Source: Macrostomum lignano (taxonomy: Eukaryota). From it: a stretch of 64,000 nt of DNA. The notes beneath the pieces are model-generated. The model was not told the origin of the DNA. It did no database searches and saw only the letters and a program-made list of their open reading frames with translations. Positions 32,158 through 44,846 of this stretch are shown one piece after another. The stretch is from assembly GCA_002269645.1 (NCBI GenBank), contig NIVC01000090.1:62001-126000 (forward strand), written 5' to 3'. Each line of letters starts with the position of its first letter. Position 1 is the first letter of the stretch. Position numbers and translations under genes: made by a program.

Positions 32158-32171
32158 GTTGTCATGGCAAC
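32158..32171. promoter_or_regulatory. RFX X-box candidate upstream of GPR19
   Basis: GTTGTCATGGCAAC, one mismatch to palindromic GTTGCCATGGCAAC, ~230 bp before ATG. Confidence 0.55.
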
Positions 32172-32399
32172 CAGGAAATTCGTCTCCGATAGGACAGCCG
32201 GTGCAAGCCCTGTGCGAGTTGCCAGGGGGAAGAGATGCGCATCCAAGGACGTACACAGCGGGGGTTGAGTTGAGAAAGCAGTAGAAATTTCTCGAGCAAA
32301 GGTATAGATGGCGATAGCTGGACAGAAAGACAAGGGAAGCTGTGATTTTTACACTGAAATCTTAGAGGAAAATAAGACTACAGAAATTGACTGTTTATC

Positions 32400-33593
32400 A
32401 TGACGTCTACTACAGAATTTTGGATTTATTCGAACTCTACTACAACTCCGGTGGATAATTTTCGGTTAAAAAGTACAACTAGCAATCTCATTGCTTTCAA
32501 CGTGCTGGTCCTGCCAATGAGCGCCCGAACTCTCATTGCATTTTTATTATCCCTGTGCGCTGTGTTCAGTCTCATGGCTAACTGCATCACATGCCATGTT
32601 ATTCTGCACTCGCGTCGACTACAGAGTACCACAAATTATTTCATCATAGCCCTGAGCATTCCAGCACTACTAGTTACAGTGTGCATGGCACTAGTGCTCA
32701 CCGAGTTGGTAAGCGTCAGATGGCTACTAGGAGTTGAAGTTTGCAAAATCACTGGCGTATTTTTGCACACATTGTTAAGCTCTAACGCTTTTCTACTAGT
32801 GTCAATCATGGTGGACCGATACTACGCCATAGTGCTGCCGCAGAGTTTCAAGATCAGCAGGACCAAGGCTAAGAACATGATAGCGGCCAGCTTCGGTAGC
32901 GCTCTGGGCCTCTCCCTGCCAATGCTGGCCTTCTACGATCAGCTGCGGTGCAGTCCCGGTCACGTGATCTGCGCCTTCTTCAACTCGTTGAACAATTGGA
33001 CAAGCCTGGCCTTCTACGCCATACCCTACGCACTATTGACATTTGTAATGCCCTGTCTAGTGGCCGGTTTGCTGTTCTCCAGAATCTGGGCCTTCGTCTG
33101 GACAGTTAACAAGCAGCGCGGCTCGATCAGAGGTCGGGTACTGCAACGGACGACTAATCACGTGCCCCGGACCAAGATTAAAACGTTCAAACTCATAGCC
33201 TCAGTGTCGGCTGTTGACATGCTGGTTATGAGCGTCATCTTCGCGTTGGAGGTCGGCTTTCTGGCCTACGAAGTCAACGAAGCGCCGGGCTACGATCCGC
33301 TAACTCTAGTGTGCAGCATCTATTTCTTTGACGGATTCGCCAAGCCGATCATGTACGTGTGCATGAATTCGAACTTCCGTCGCGGCTGTCGCGAAGTACT
33401 GTGCTGGTCCCAGATGCGCTGCTACCGACAGGAGCTCTACACCGTCACTAGAGTGTCCGCCTTTGGCAAGAAGAACTACGTCACGGCTGTTGACGTGAAC
33501 GGCGTCACGGAGAATCGATGGGAGAATCCGTCGGTGTTTGAACTGGGAACGGCCAAGTCTGCGACTGTGACTAGACATAGCAATGCTATTTGA
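32400..33593 (+). CDS. GPR19: Class A orphan GPCR, GPR19 orthologue, intronless CDS
   Basis: 7 TM segments, DRY, VPRTKIKT loop, KPxxY in TM7, and NSNFRRGCRE..C.S.M.CYR...YT.T......KKNYV tail characteristic of GPR19. Confidence 0.9.
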   Translation: MTSTTEFWIYSNSTTTPVDNFRLKSTTSNLIAFNVLVLPMSARTLIAFLLSLCAVFSLMANCITCHVILHSRRLQSTTNYFIIALSIPALLVTVCMALVLTELVSVRWLLGVEVCKITGVFLHTLLSSNAFLLVSIMVDRYYAIVLPQSFKISRTKAKNMIAASFGSALGLSLPMLAFYDQLRCSPGHVICAFFNSLNNWTSLAFYAIPYALLTFVMPCLVAGLLFSRIWAFVWTVNKQRGSIRGRVLQRTTNHVPRTKIKTFKLIASVSAVDMLVMSVIFALEVGFLAYEVNEAPGYDPLTLVCSIYFFDGFAKPIMYVCMNSNFRRGCREVLCWSQMRCYRQELYTVTRVSAFGKKNYVTAVDVNGVTENRWENPSVFELGTAKSATVTRHSNAI

Positions 33594-33774
33594 CCGAATT
33601 GTTTGGATTTTTTAACTGAGTTTATAAATCTAAATCTAGGCTCGATTGTAGTTTATATCTTTGTTTTTTCGGAAAAAAAAGTTACTGTCTCGTGTATTAT
33701 TCGTCTATCATGTTTTGTGACGTCTTTCTCTCTTCCCGCAAACTCTTCAGATCGTTATGACGTTACTCGTACAA

Positions 33775-34008
33775 CAGGGGTCGGCAAATGTTTTTCAACT
33801 TTTGGGCTAAATATAGAATCTATAGCGCAAGATGGCTGCGGGCCAGAGAGAGGAGAGAAGGGAGAGAAGTGGAAGAGGAGAGAAAAAAGAAAGAGAACTG
33901 AGAAGAGTCACAATAAGCCTCGAGCGGGCCGGGGTTGCTCAATTATTGCTGCATGTAAAGTTTCAAAGGACCCGAGGGCTTCGCGGGCCGGATTTTGCCG
34001 ACCCCCTG
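33775..34008. mobile_element. hAT-type MITE
   Basis: TIRs CAGGGGTCGGCAAA / TTTTGCCGACCCCCTG; 8-bp flanks TCGTACAA / ACGTACAA (7 of 8). Confidence 0.8.
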
Positions 34009-35957
34009 ACGTACAAACAATCCAATGCACAGTAATATTTTCTCTATGGCTACCGGTGTCCTGAAGTCCTGAATTAGGGCTAATAAGATCTTACTATTTG
34101 GTGGTATTTATTTCATAAATTGCTACTGCTTAAATTTGAGCAAAGGATCTTGTTTGTCGCTATAATCTTCAGTTCAAATGTACGAATACGAGGCTCGTAA
34201 TATAGATCTGATTGACCCGCAATCAAATTATGAAGTATATAATAATGAGTGTAAGCTTGAATATGCTGTTTACTTCTATAACGGTGTTGTTACAGCAATA
34301 TTAATATAGAAATAAAAAAATACTTCATTCACTCAGTCATCATTCGATCGTCCTATTTTTGTTTTTTTTGGCCTGCCTTTTGCTTGTCTGAATCAGAAAG
34401 AGCTAGGTTGTTATGACACTCAAATAATTAATCCTTGGAGAAATCGCAGCTCACTATATTAGTCATGTGAAGGTACAAAGGGGACAAACAAACTCGTAAA
34501 AAACCACTTACTGTGTGGCCGCAAACCAAAGGAAAAAACTATATTTGCTTGGCTAATTTTATTGCCTAGGCTTTTGGCAGGACTGCGTAATGCAAGTGGG
34601 TATTTTATCAGGCCATTTGCTTCATAATTAATTAGCTGATATTACTCCTATAGTACGTATTTACCCTGGAATCGAAGCAAAAAATCTCTTATCATTATAG
34701 CTTTTATGTAGCCACATCGAGTAAAAAAAGAGTAAATCGAAATTCTGATTATTAATTTATTATTTTTAATTATTAAATAAGTTAATCGCATAGTTACTAT
34801 ATTATTGAAATATATTAACTTAGATAGTTTTACTGTCTGTTCTGCAAGTGAATAGTAGTTTTTATTTTTTATACGAATTTATATACAAAGTTACAAAAAT
34901 TTTAAGCATGGTTTAGTATACTGTCATACCGTATTTTTGTTGAACATTTATAAAGTTAGTATTCTATCATCTTGAAGCGATAAATATGACAGAAAATAAC
35001 AAATATAAAGGTTTAGGGAAAATACTCGTATCCATCGTTAATTGAAAATATTTGTTTAAAGTAAGTCACGAGCTGATTATAATAATGTCTATGGGCCGAT
35101 AGAAAATTACACCAAATATATGCATGTACAATAAAAGTCTTCGAAAGGGATCATGCATCAATGCATATGAAAATATATGTAAGAAAAGAAATTTTAAGGC
35201 CTTGTTTGTTCTATGGAAGAAAAAATAGACAATAGAAATCCGCCAGATCAGCGACAAAAGCTTACAATTGAAGGCCGCAGTAAAACAAATTATCCCTCAG
35301 CATTAAAATTACAATAGTAAAGCCCTTAGAAAAAATGTTCATTACGAGCTAAGAAAATATGCAATAAAAGTGCAAGGCATAAGTATTTAATTTAATATTC
35401 TTTCGAGTGCACTGCTCAAGAAAGAAAACAGTTTTAATCTCTAAAAAAGCTTGCGAAAAATATCTTCGGAAGAGGCATTCGAGGCACGATAATATTAAGG
35501 CGTATAAAATAAAACAAAAAATAGCACACTACCAATTATCAGTGATTAATGCCACTTTCGAAACTTTGCTTACCGACTATTCAGTTAATTAGTACATATG
35601 CATGTACAGCTTTAAATATAAGTGGTGTCTATAGTCATTGTAAAAGTCGCAAATCGTTTTTTGGCTTAATTTACGCATGCGGTTTAAAAAAAGTACACGC
35701 TAAAGCTTAAAATTTTCATGTAATTCGTTTTCTTTATTATACCCAACTCCAATTTGGCGCCAATTTGAATTTAAAACTGGAAGTAAACAAAAAACGAAAG
35801 CGGCCTGAGAATTCAGTTTACAGAATGTGTGGATAAAAACGTATTTTACGATTAAAAAATCCACGCTCAACAAAATACGAGTAATACCCTGTAATAACGC
35901 GTACTTGCTGTTCCTCTAATTAGCAGATACATGTAGATATTCAATTGATTATGAGTA

Positions 35958-37524
35958 TTATTGAACACCGTTGCTAGGACCCGGCGTAGCAGACTGATCA
36001 CCTGGGTGATTGCGACTCGACGCCTGCCATTTGAGGTACATCCACTTCTCCTTGAAGTACATCCACCTTGGAAAATTGACAAAAATTGATGGGAAAATTG
36101 CTTTGCATACATCAGAATCCTAAAAATGTACTTTTGCAGTTAATGAAATAAATTTACGAGAGCTATTTGGTTCGTCCCAAATTAAAAAAAAACTTGTTTC
36201 ACTGTTTGTTTGTTTGAGTATGTTTTCCGGGAAGGTTATACGAGCGTAATTATATTCAGCCATCAAATTAAATTGCATGTACATGTAGCAGTTGTTCTTC
36301 TAAAGTTTACATCAATCATGCACTCTAAAATTGATTTTTCATAGTTTTCGTTTTCAAGTCTTCAATAGTTATGCTTAATTATTTATTGACTGTAACTTTA
36401 TAGTTTTGAAGAAGTTGCAATGTGTCATTATTCGCTCTTATACGAAAATACTCAGGTCGCAGTTTATTTAGTGTTCCAGATGATCGATTTTCCAAAAGAA
36501 ACAAAACCTTTAAAGCCGGTTAACATGTTCGTGACTCACCTGTAAGCCGAATAAATTGACCAAGTGTTGACATCGTCTGCGACTGACTCAACAGCGTCTC
36601 GGCCTTGCACCTTCCAGTCATCGGGCTTCACGAACATTCTCGGCTCAATCATTCGTTCAATCAGCGGTTCAATGATCGCTCGTAGCTGTGCGATGTCATT
36701 CTGAACATTTTTAACCTCTTCAACTCGAAGCTTCTGCTCGGATTGAATTTTCATGCCAAGAACGGTTTTAACTGTCTGCGTGATCTCCGCTAATCGACGG
36801 ATTGACGCTTGGCACTGAAAATAATTTATACACTTGGTTGCTATGCAAATTGCACTTGCGATTGAATGATAATGACGAAAAAACTACTCATATATGGAGG
36901 CTGTACAACTTCAAGCTTCATGAGCTCGATGTCCGCCATGCCCGTAAAACAATCGTACACGTATCGACGACACAATGACTTTTAGACTTCATCAGCTGAC
37001 CCAAACTTTCTAAAAACAATCTAAATAAAGTATCCTGCAATTTTGAGCTTGCAAAAACTATCAACCTCTATATTTATTTCCAATCGAGTTTCAGTAAAAA
37101 TGACTAAATAATAACCACAAACCTTTGAAAAACTCTGACTTAGTGACTGTCGCTTAATCTCTTTTGGTCAATCTAATAAATAAGTCAAAACCCTTGGAAG
37201 AATTGTCACACCTCTTCCAAATCCCGTTTAGTGATGCCCTCGTCCTTGGGAATCAGCGAGCGAACAATGTCGATCTCTTTGCGCAGACTGTCGACGTCTT
37301 GGACCCGACCGGACACCTCAGCTCCGATGTTGGCCCGGGTGTCCTCCTTCAACAGGTTGATTCGTTCCGTGTTGCGGTTCACCTGCATTCGTAAAAGTAG
37401 TTAGTCAGCTTTTGTTTATTTCACTCGCAAAATGAGACACTTTTTAAAGAAAAAAATCCAAAACTGTCTAGCTGGAAAAGCACAAGCAACCAAGCCAAAC
37501 TCAACCAAGCCAAACTTGCAAAGC

Positions 37525-37570
<46 letters not shown>

Positions 37571-37675
37571 CTAACTAACTAACTAACTAACTAACTGACA
37601 ACTGACTGACTGACTGACTGACTGACTGACTGACTGACTGACTAACTAACTAACTGACTGACTAACTAACTAACG

Positions 37676-37763
<88 letters not shown>

Positions 37764-37787
37764 GACTGACTGACTGACTAACTAACG

Positions 37788-37827
<40 letters not shown>

Positions 37828-40800
37828 GACTAGCTAGCTAGCTAACTATCTAACAGGCAGCCTATTTGTTCACTAGATCGTTGGGTAACTTTATCCTCCT
37901 AATCAATCTGAAACGTAAAATAAAGATACTTTTTTTAACTCACCCCCTCATCAATGGTCTTGTGCACGGCCTTCATTTCGGCCACTTGAGCATTGGTCTG
38001 AGTCTGCCAGAGCGATATCGACTCGACTTTTTCTCGCAGATTCTGCGTCATTGCGGTTGTCGCCTGATGGGAAAGGAATCGATTTTTTATAATTAGCAGT
38101 TTTACGAGTCACGAAATGATACGGAAATAGACGACAACCCATCTTGCTTTGTCCGTTGGGACAACATGAGGACACATAAATAGAAAAACTGTTTCCATCC
38201 AATTTGGATTCCATTTATTGAAGTTTCACACAATATAATACATTTTTACAAGCATATATTCCAATTCATATTGTTTAGCTCGACTGAAACGAAGGAACAC
38301 ATAGATAAAGAAAGTGACACGGAGATATCTATAGTCTCCGTGTCACTTCAGTTCGCGGTAATTTCAATTTTTCCGGAATTATTTTTAACAAATGCATGTG
38401 TCGCGAGTAAAAATCCAGCAACTATGAAAATACGAGAAAATGATGAGATATCAGAATTCACTGTATATGTAATTAGATCAGCCAAAAAGATCTGACATCG
38501 AACAACGAACAATATTAGACTAAAATGTACATTTCCCTGTAGAGTATATATTGTACCTCAAATTGTTGTTCCACCTGAAACAATTTCGAGATTAAATAGT
38601 GTTTTGACTTTCGAAGCAAAGAGTTTTATACAGCGGATGCAGTAGACATAGTAAAACATGCAGAACGTACTGCAGACGCCATCTCAGAGGCCATCAAAAT
38701 TTATGAATCTAACTTTTGAAAAAGACGTTTTTAACTATCAAATTCAAAGAATCGTACAAAAATACGATGATGATAAAGTTGCCGCATGGTTTGTTATAAT
38801 GATTAATTTGAAAAATTAGTTCAGAAAACTTACGGCCGCCAGTTTCGACTCGACTCTGTCGTCTACACCCGCCAGTCTCTGTCGGAGACTTTCCAATTGC
38901 GCTTCGATGTCGGCCAGCTTTCTGCCATTTTCTTTCCGGTATTCTTCCAGCATTTCCTGCATGTGCTTCTTGTTCTGAAAATAACGAGGGTCGTTATTAT
39001 AGATATATAAATCTTATGAAAATTTTGCAACACATTTAGACACTATAAGTCAGAATATCTACGACTAAAGGCGCGAGATTTGTTGAGTTTTACGATCAAG
39101 TCAAAATAGTAAAACAAAAATTACAGTGGCAAATGTGGTAGTATTAATCCTATATTTTGGTCCTGTCGATTTCCCGACTAAAAGTTTTGTAAGCAAAACT
39201 GCCTTAAGTATAAGTTTTTAGTCAAAAATTCTGTAATTGAGATAGAAATAGACATTATTTTTACAGTATATTACTTATCAGTAGATAGTCAGCTTGATAG
39301 AAAAAACACGCTTCTTGTAGCGAATGCGAAAGAAGACAACTATTAAACGAAAAAAGTTTCGTTTCTACTTGCGGCTTACTTCCTCCTGAAGTTTGTGAGT
39401 TTGCAGATTTGATTGAAATGTGCAACAGCAAAAATTAAAACGATCATCGATATATTGTCTCAAAAATCACATTACTGCAGTTTGTCGACCAAAATTCTTT
39501 TTCATGCAGAAAACAGTTCAAAAATGAAATATATTGAATATACTAGCAATCATTGCCCCCGTTGACCTCTCAGCCTTGACATCTCAGCAATTTTTCATAA
39601 GCCCTGACATCTCAGCAATTCTCCCCATCAGCCTTGACATCTCAGCAATTCTCCCCATCAGCCTTGTCATCTCAGCAATTCTCCCCATCAGCCTTGTCAT
39701 CTCAGCAATTCTCCCCATCAGCCTTGGCATCTCAACAATTCTCCCCATCAGCCCTGACAACTCAACAATTCTCCCCATCAGCCTTGACATCTCAGCAATT
39801 CTCCCCATCAGCCTTGTCATCTCAGCAATTCTCCCCGTAAGCCTCGATAGCTCAACAATTCTCCCCATCAGCCTTGAAATCTCAGCAATTCTCCCCATCA
39901 GCCTTGGCATCTCAGCAATTCTCCCCATCAGCCTTGGCATCTCAGCAATTCTCCCCATCAGCCTTGACATCTCAGCAATTTCCCATGGGTCTTTATATTT
40001 TAGCAATTCCCCAATAAATATTTTATTTATTTTCGACATTACGCTTCTTTTACTTTTAAATTTAGTAGTTTACATGAACATAAGCTTGTAATTTGTTTTA
40101 TCCAGACAGATTGAACTAAGGATTACAAATCATCTATGAAAAATCAAGCATTGAAAACTTTGCTTACGGCCTCGCTAAGGCTGCGCATCTGAGTGGACAC
40201 CCCGGCAACCGCCTGCTGCAGAGCCGCTGTGGCCGCTGAAATCTTCTCTTCAACCTCGTGCATCCGGTCCTTCGTGTCCTTGTCTTTTGCTTTGCGCGAC
40301 GCAATCTCCGCGCCAAGCACTCGGCTCATGTCTTTTCTGGTTTCTTCCAGCTGTTTCTCCAAGATAACGACTGCGTCATCGATTTTGCGCACCGATTCAA
40401 CTGTCTTAGCTCGGTCGGATTTGTGCGTAGCGCGAAGCGACGCAAGCTCTTCTTCGTGTGCTCGGCGCAGCGTATCCCAGCGTCTCTCCTGCGCAAGTTC
40501 AGATCAAGGATGTTCGTTTCTGATTCATGATTACTCATTGATGATCAATTAATTACGTGTTTTTTCTACATCGGTTTTTACAAGAATAGCCTACAAGCCC
40601 ATCATGTCAATCGGTCGCATGCCTTCAGGCAAACACACATCAATCGATCATATGACTTCAGACAAACACACATCAATCGATCATATGACTTCAGACAAAC
40701 ACACATCAATCGATCATATGACTTCAGACAAACACACTAATCGATTAAATCTCGTGACGCACCAGCCGATCAGCCGATCAGCCGATCAGCAACTCTTCCC

Positions 40801-43800
40801 ATCCCTCACCTGCTCCTGGCGCGCCTCCTTCTCGTACGCCAGCCGAGACTCTTGCTCCTGCAGAATCATCTTCTCAGACTCTGCCTGCCGCCTCGCCGCC
40901 TCCTCTCTCAATCGAATCTCTTTCTCTAGAATTTTCTGGTTCACCTCCTCTAGCGAGTCCTGCAGTCGGGCCTGCAGGGTGGCGCGGTCGACTTCGGCTT
41001 GGCGCTCGCGCTCCCGCTGTCGCTGCTCCATGCCGTGCAGCGCCTCGTCTCGCTTGCGCGCCTGCTCGGCAAGCGCGGAGTTCATCTGCGTCAGCCGGCT
41101 GCCCAGCTTCTGCTCCAGATTCCTGCGCTCGTCCGACTCGGTCTCCGATCTGAGGTTGGTGAGGGTGTGGACGAAAACAAACTGCTCGTCTCCTAGGGAA
41201 TTCCCTGTTACTATTTTTAGAAAATGGAAATCCCAACTGTTTTATTCCGATGCGCAGGAAATCCCTGTTGCTATTTTTATCTTAAGGAGTGTGGACCCCC
41301 GTAGTTATTTTTAGCAAATGGAAAATCCACGTTGCTATTTTTATGCAAGAGAGAATCCCGTTGTGTCTAAAGTAAATCCTTTAACGCATTTTCAGATGTG
41401 CTTATTGGTTTTTTGTTGTCATTGTTTATCGATAAAATAAATACCGAGTTGGCTTTTCAAATTTAACGCTAAAATACTACTGAACTACTTACAGTAGCAG
41501 ACGCATTTAAAGATGGTTTAATAATCTATTTGCCACATGCAGCGCCTGCCACTCCGATAATACTTAGTTTTTGTAATAAAAAGGGAACTGAGAATTTTTT
41601 GTCTTGGTTGCCATTAGCAACCGAAGGCTATAGGTTCGTGTGCCCATTCTCTCTACTCCGGAGAGGAAGGAAGCTCAGCATCCAAGGCCGATCAGCATCA
41701 ATTGTTCCTTTCTACAGTGTAGTCTAATGGGCCCCAGCTCTTTTAACCCCGGGCGAGTGAATGAAACTTTAGAACAATATGTATAGTCTACCCAACGACA
41801 AGGCTCTGCTGCAAGTGAAGTGCAAACCAAAGAAAAAGGCAAGATTCTTTTTTGCTGGGCTTTGCTATGCTTTGCACTTTTAAATTATCATTTGAAAGTT
41901 CATTTAAGAATTTAATTCATTTAAGAATTTGAAAATTCACTGACAAAATTTAGGTAAGTAGTTCACAATTATTAAACTTGTGATTCACGGAATTCACTAT
42001 GTTTATTCGCAATCTGTGATTCACGGGTAGATAGAACTGTAGACAAGGTGTGGTTCACGGGTAGATTGAACTGTAGACAAGGTGTGGTTCACGGGTAGAT
42101 TGAACGGTAGACAAGGTGTGATTCACGGGTAGATTGAACGGTAGACAATGTATGATTCACAGATAGATTAAGTGGTAGAAAATACAAGATTCACAAGTAG
42201 ATTAATGGCTAGACAATCTGTGATTCACGAGTAGATTTAACGGTAGACAGGTGTGATTCCCGGGTAGATTGACGGTAGACAAGGTGTGATTCACGGGTAG
42301 ATTGACGGTAGACAAGGTGTGATTCACGGGTAGATTGAACGGTAGACAAGGTGTGATTCACGGTTAGATAAGTAGACAAGTTAGTTTACATTTTAACTGT
42401 GCTATCAATCATTTCTAAGTTCGAACTCACCTGGACCTCAGCTCAGTCAGGGCATCTCTCAGCTCTGTTATTTTGGCGTCCACCAGACCTCTCAGCTGCT
42501 GACTCTGCTGATCCAGTTCACTCGTCTTCTCCAGCTTCCTCTGCACACTTTCAAGCCTCAAGTTGTAATCGTCTTCAAGTCGGCGACTTTTCACTTTCAA
42601 ATCGCTGGTCACGGTGGAAAAGTCCAAGCCCTGCGCTTCGAGGCGCTGTTTCAAAGCGCGCATCTCTTCGACGAGTTGGAAAGCGACACGTTCTAGCTGG
42701 CCTTTGGCGCGGGTCATGCTCTGAGGAGAATTTTGGAGTTGAAATTTTGCAGTTTGTTAAAACTAAAAGCTCCTTTTAGGGAATACCGAAGCTCCGTCGA
42801 TCGGGGGCCAAAGATTCTGTAGAAAGGGGCGCCAAAATTCTGTAGAAAGGGGCGCCAAAGATTCTGTAGAAAGGGGCGCCAAAGATTCTGTAGAAAGGGG
42901 CGTCAAAGATTCTGTAGAAAGTGGGGCGCCAAAGATTCTGTAGAAAGTGGGGCGCCAAAGATTCTGTAGAAAGGGGCGCCAAAGATTCTGTAGAAAGGGG
43001 CGCCAAAGATTTTGTAGAAAGGGGCGCCAAAGATTCTGTAGAAAGGGGCGCCAAAGATTCTGTAGAAAGGGGCGCCAAAGATTCTGTAGAAAGGGGCGCC
43101 AAAGATTCTGTAGAAAGTGGGGCGCCAAAGATTCTGTAGAAAGGGGCGCCAAAGATTCTGTAGAAAGGGGCGCCAAAGATTCTGTAGAAGGGGGCGCCAA
43201 AGATTCTGTAGAAAGGGGCGCCAAAGATTCTGTAGAAAGGGGCGCCAAAGATTCTGTAGAAAGGGGCACCAAAGATTCTGTAGAAAGGGGCGCCAAAGAT
43301 TCTGTAGAAAGGGGCGCCAAAGATTCTGTAGAAAGGGGCGCCAAAGATTCTGTAGAAAGTGGGGCGCCAAAGATTCTGTAGAAAGTGGCGCCAAAGATTC
43401 TGTAGAAAGGGGCGCCAAAGATTCTGTAGAAAGTGGGGCGCCAAAGATTCTGTAGAAAGGGGCGCCAAAGATTCTGTAGAAAGGGGCGCCAAAGATTCTG
43501 TAGAAAGTGGGGCGCCAAAGATTCTGTAGAAAGGGGGGGCACCAAAGATTCTGTAGAAAGGGGCGCCAAAGATTCTGTAGAAAGTGGGGCGCCAAAGATT
43601 CTGTAGAAAGGGGCGCCAAAGATTCTGTAGAAAGTGGGGCGCCAAAGATTCTGTAGAAAGGGGCGCCAAAGATTCTGTAGAAAGTGGGGCGCCAAAGATT
43701 CTGTAGAAAGGGGCGCCAAAGATTCTGTAGAAAGTGGGGCGCCAAAGATTCTGTAGAAAGTGGGGCGCCAAAGATTCTGTAGAAAGTGGGGCTCCAAAGA

Positions 43801-44846
43801 TTCTGTAGAAAGTGGGGCTCCAAAGATTCTGTAGAAAGTGGGGCTTCAAAGATTCTGTAGAAAGTGGGGCTCCAATGTTTCTGTAGAAAGTGGGGCTACA
43901 ATGTTTCTGTAGAAAGTGGGGCTTCAAAGATTCTGTAGAAAGTGGGGCTCCAATGTTTCTGTAGAAAGTGGGGCGCGAAAGCTTCCTTAGAGGAACATGA
44001 AAAAGGGGGCAGTTGAAAGTCCAATCGCCGAAATCCAATGCGAATGCTCACCTCGAGGTCGCGTTCCAGTGTGGCAATGCGACTTATCTGCGATTCTCTC
44101 TTAGCGGTGAGATCCTGCTGCCTCTCCAGCGTGAGCTGCTCCACCGATCGAGTCTGGTTCACCACATCGGCCAGGGCGGCCCGTTCGTCAGCCAGCCGCT
44201 CCTCCTGCGCCCGGATTCGCTGGGCCAGCTGCGAAGTCAAATCTGATGAGGTGCGCAACGACGCCTCGAGATACTGGCGCGCCTGGCGTTCCTCTCTGAT
44301 CGCCTCTTCACCGCGACGCGACACGGCACGAACTTCCGTCTGCAGGCGGAGCACCTCGTCTAGGAGGCCTCGATTGGATCGTTCAGCGAGGCCTAGGCGG
44401 GTCTCCAGGCTGCGGACGCGCTCGTCTGAAGAGGAGTCGGCTGCGGAGTTTGCAGCGGGGGCAGCTGAGTAGCTTGAAGCATTGAAGGGCCGAGCGAGGG
44501 GCTCCAGCTGCTGCTCCTGCCCTGAGATGTCTGGCAAAGGCGGAAATCGGCTGGGGAACTGTTGTTGTTGCTGCTGCTGCTGCTGCTGCTGTTGCTGTCG
44601 TTGCTGCGCTGTCGGCGAGGGTGGCAGCTGCGACTGCGGCTGTGGAAAGCTGCAGAATAAATAAAATTAGCGGAAAATCTTGTTGGTGCGACTAGCTATG
44701 TACTTGATAATAATTGGGTGGTATGAATACGCGCAAGGCGTATCAGTCAACAAAATCGCATGTTTTGTCAGGACGTCGATGATGCATTCCGCATCATCTT
44801 CATGCACTTGTGCGTCTTGCCCTTGCATTTGTTTATCTGCCTTCAT
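35958..44846 (-). CDS. CCDC154: CCDC154-like coiled-coil protein; exons 44846-~44732(or ~44703), 44649-44052, 42720-42431, 41149-40810, 40488-40168, [39385-39380], 38974-38834, [38574-38557], 38063-37944, 37382-37212, 36814-36540, 36066-35958
   Basis: Phases agree across GT-AG junctions; C-terminus PRMFVK...VNTWSIYSAYRWMYFK resembles CCDC154 PRVFIK...NCWGVYQAVRWLRWK (recalled, not searched); first exon and microexons tentative. Confidence 0.7.
37525..37852. repeat. Compound tetranucleotide microsatellite (GTAA)n-(CTAA)n-(CTGA)n
   Basis: Direct reading. Confidence 0.95.
39563..39985. repeat. 30-bp minisatellite (CTCAGCAATTCTCCCCATCAGCCTTGACAT)
   Basis: About 14 units. Confidence 0.95.
40610..40740. 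repeat. 33-bp repeat (GACTTCAGACAAACACACATCAATCGATCATAT)
   Basis: 3-4 units. Confidence 0.85.
42015..42380. repeat. ~34-bp minisatellite (GATTCACGGGTAGATTGAACGGTAGACAAGGTGT)
   Basis: About 11 units. Confidence 0.9.
42800..43978. repeat. 21/23-bp minisatellite (GGGGCGCCAAAGATTCTGTAGAAA[GT])
   Basis: About 48 units filling one CCDC154-like intron. Confidence 0.97.

Noticed and set aside
39534-40091. SAILPISLDI / MGRIAEM repeat ORFs
   Set aside because: 30-bp intronic minisatellite.
42763-44038. Several 300-420 aa ORFs (STESLAP, FYRIFGAP)
   Set aside because: Stop-free frames of a minisatellite inside a GT-AG intron.
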